From NCBI GenBank assembly GCA_030704615.1, contig CM060733.1, forward strand, positions 21,762,001-21,826,000: a DNA stretch of 64,000 nt. Reading direction: 5' to 3'. The stretch's first letter is position 1. Each line of letters starts with the position of its first letter. Shown piece by piece: positions 62,201 through 64,000 of this stretch. The position numbers and the translations under genes are program-made. The notes beneath the pieces were generated by a model. The model worked only from the letters and a program-made list of their open reading frames with translations. It had not been told where the DNA came from and did not search any database. The stretch comes from Takakia lepidozioides. Taxonomy: Eukaryota; Plantae; Bryophyta.

Positions 62201-63735
62201 CGTTGTCTCTGTGGCCAGGTCTTGGTGGTTCAACTCCTGGCCTTCTTTGGTATGCAAATGTTGTTGTTCTTCTGCCTCTTGTACAGGTCTTGAAGGACTC
62301 GCAGTAGCATTTGCATCAGCATTACCTGAACCAGTGCAGCATCCATACAGTGAGCAGAAGAATGGTGGTCCTGGAATTGGACCACTAAGACTTTACCCTC
62401 CCTAAACAAGCAACAAGTCTCGTCACAAATGGACTGAGATAAATGTGAAGAGACACATGGAAGTGTGTTAAGCAACAATTGAGAACAAAACATCCACTAC
62501 ATCACTAATACCAGGGCCCTACTTAGCATGGCACAAGATTCACAATCATTTCAGTCTGGGTTGAGCCCCACATGCAGCATTTCACAGGGCAAGCACTACT
62601 GCTGTAACCAAACATCTGATAAAGCTGTCGCATAATGGAAGTACCAAATTATGAGTGGTTTAAACAGCAATTTTGTGCACTACAGCAAGGCAATTAACAG
62701 CAATTTACCCAGTTAGAGCATATGGATAACCACCAACCGACCTGTGTCAGGTACTATGCTTGCTATAGCAGCTTGCTCATTGGACACTTCTTGTGCTTCA
62801 GGCTGAACTCCTTGTGTTTGTTGTTCCTCCACAAGAAGCTCCTCCTCTGGCCTAGGGGTTTGAGGAACTGCCTCATTCTCGGGGGTTATGTCGTGTACAG
62901 GTGCAGCAGCCGGCAGATCTGCTTCACCTTTGACCAATACTCGCTCATATAGTTCTCGCAATTCCATACATAAACCTGAAAATAACAATGTGGGATCAGC
63001 AAACATATTTATTCACTTCTTACTTGCACAGGGAATTCTTCTGTCCCAGTTGCCACAGTTTGCTACGTAGTTTGTCTCAGATCAAGTTGACCCTGGTTAA
63101 TGATAAGCCACAGAATCTGGCCAGCTTGTAAACCATGTGTACAGATCCACCATGCGAGCACTTGGAAGGCTAACATACCAAATCTTCTTTCCCCATTTTT
63201 CAATTTAAGCAAGGTCTAATAAAGAAAATCAGGCATACATGGGTAAATACCCCACTTGGTTAAGCCTGACATGCTGTGATTATAAAAACGAGAACACTTA
63301 TCCAGCAGCATCAAGGTAGGTTTGAAACTGCATATTTTTCCACTATAAAACTGAAGCCTGTAGAAATGTGTAGCCTTTCATATATTACCAATAACATGTG
63401 GCACCATAACTGGGAGATGGGTTCATATTAAGAAGTGGGTGCCAGGACTTCCTGGTTCAGAGTACCAAAAATAAAACTTCTTACAAGTTATAGATCTGGC
63501 TAGATTACAGCACAGTTAGATTAATCCTGCCTACAACAAATGTACCAACTAACAAAACACAATGCTGGAGGCCCACAACTGAAGGTCCAGACAAATACCA
63601 GGGACGGAAGGCTCGCCGAATATCTGGTAACCAAGAGACTGTTTCTGCACCATCCAGAGCTCATGGCGGGTGCAAGGTGCCTTCTTGCGAACACGGCGGA
63701 TGTCAGCTGTGTTGGCCAACTGTTCCCTCATCACA
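59297..63735 (-). CDS. RAD21: RAD21/SCC1 (SYN) cohesin alpha-kleisin, 3' part; 5' exons lie beyond the window
   Basis: Exons 63735-63599, 62975-62742, 62325-62068, 61843-61473, 60678-60658, 60584-60554, 60243-60123, 59778-59628, 59395-59297. MREQLANTADIRRVRKKAPCT, GWSARTRAVGRYL and winged-helix GKSKREAARMFFETLVLKTKDYIHVEQEQPFSEIDL. Confidence 0.93.
60909..61310 (-). mobile_element. Non-autonomous Helitron-like element in a RAD21 intron
   Basis: Body shared with 25865-26210; 3' hairpin and CTAG shared with 44610-44673. Confidence 0.5.
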
Positions 63736-64000
63736 CTACATCCACCACTACCTTTGTCAGCAACATGGATCCTACTGAACAAAATGTGAATTCCCATGGG
63801 AACTACAAAGACTGCTCTTCGATAAGGGTTGCTGTTATTGCCATTAACTAAACTACGGTTGAATCCACACATTCATTGTTGCACTTCCTGCAAATGTTGA
63901 ACAAGGCAGTGAGTATAGGGGTGTACCTGACATCTTTGTTATACGCAGGTATGCATGGCAGGAGAGAAACACTCATGGTGGGCCAAAGAAAGGAAGTGGG

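Noticed and set aside
61443-63851. Plus-strand ORFs overlapping RAD21, and similar ORFs antisense to the kinase exons
   Set aside because: They are antisense shadows of real coding exons.

Overview
Intron-rich land-plant nuclear DNA. The TE and SINE repertoire looks moss-like; Sphagnum-like is my inference and is not demonstrable here. Four host genes could be assembled exon by exon with GT-AG junctions and consistent phase: a CKI1-like hybrid histidine kinase (- strand, 7247 to beyond the left edge), a low-specificity L-threonine aldolase (+, 35234-~39.3/39.9 kb) with a tandem pseudogene copy (41814-45771), an ERD15-like PAM2 protein (+, 57402-58012) and the 3' half of a RAD21/SYN cohesin kleisin (-, from beyond the right edge to 59297). 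The 10-34 kb and 46.7-56 kb intervals hold mostly degraded, nested transposons: tRNA-derived SINEs, hAT-type MITEs, a 3382-bp-period tandem duplication with a solo LTR in one copy, chromovirus, SWIM, PIF/Harbinger, copia and LINE relics, and palindromic repeat arrays. I found no clear novel protein system. The most unusual signals are structural: a SINE hairpin hit by three independent insertions, a SWIM exon whose likely splice acceptor lies in telomere-like repeats next to a palindrome array, a Harbinger Myb gene inside ~300-bp TIRs, and a pseudogene whose promoter was replaced by a copia LTR-like segment.
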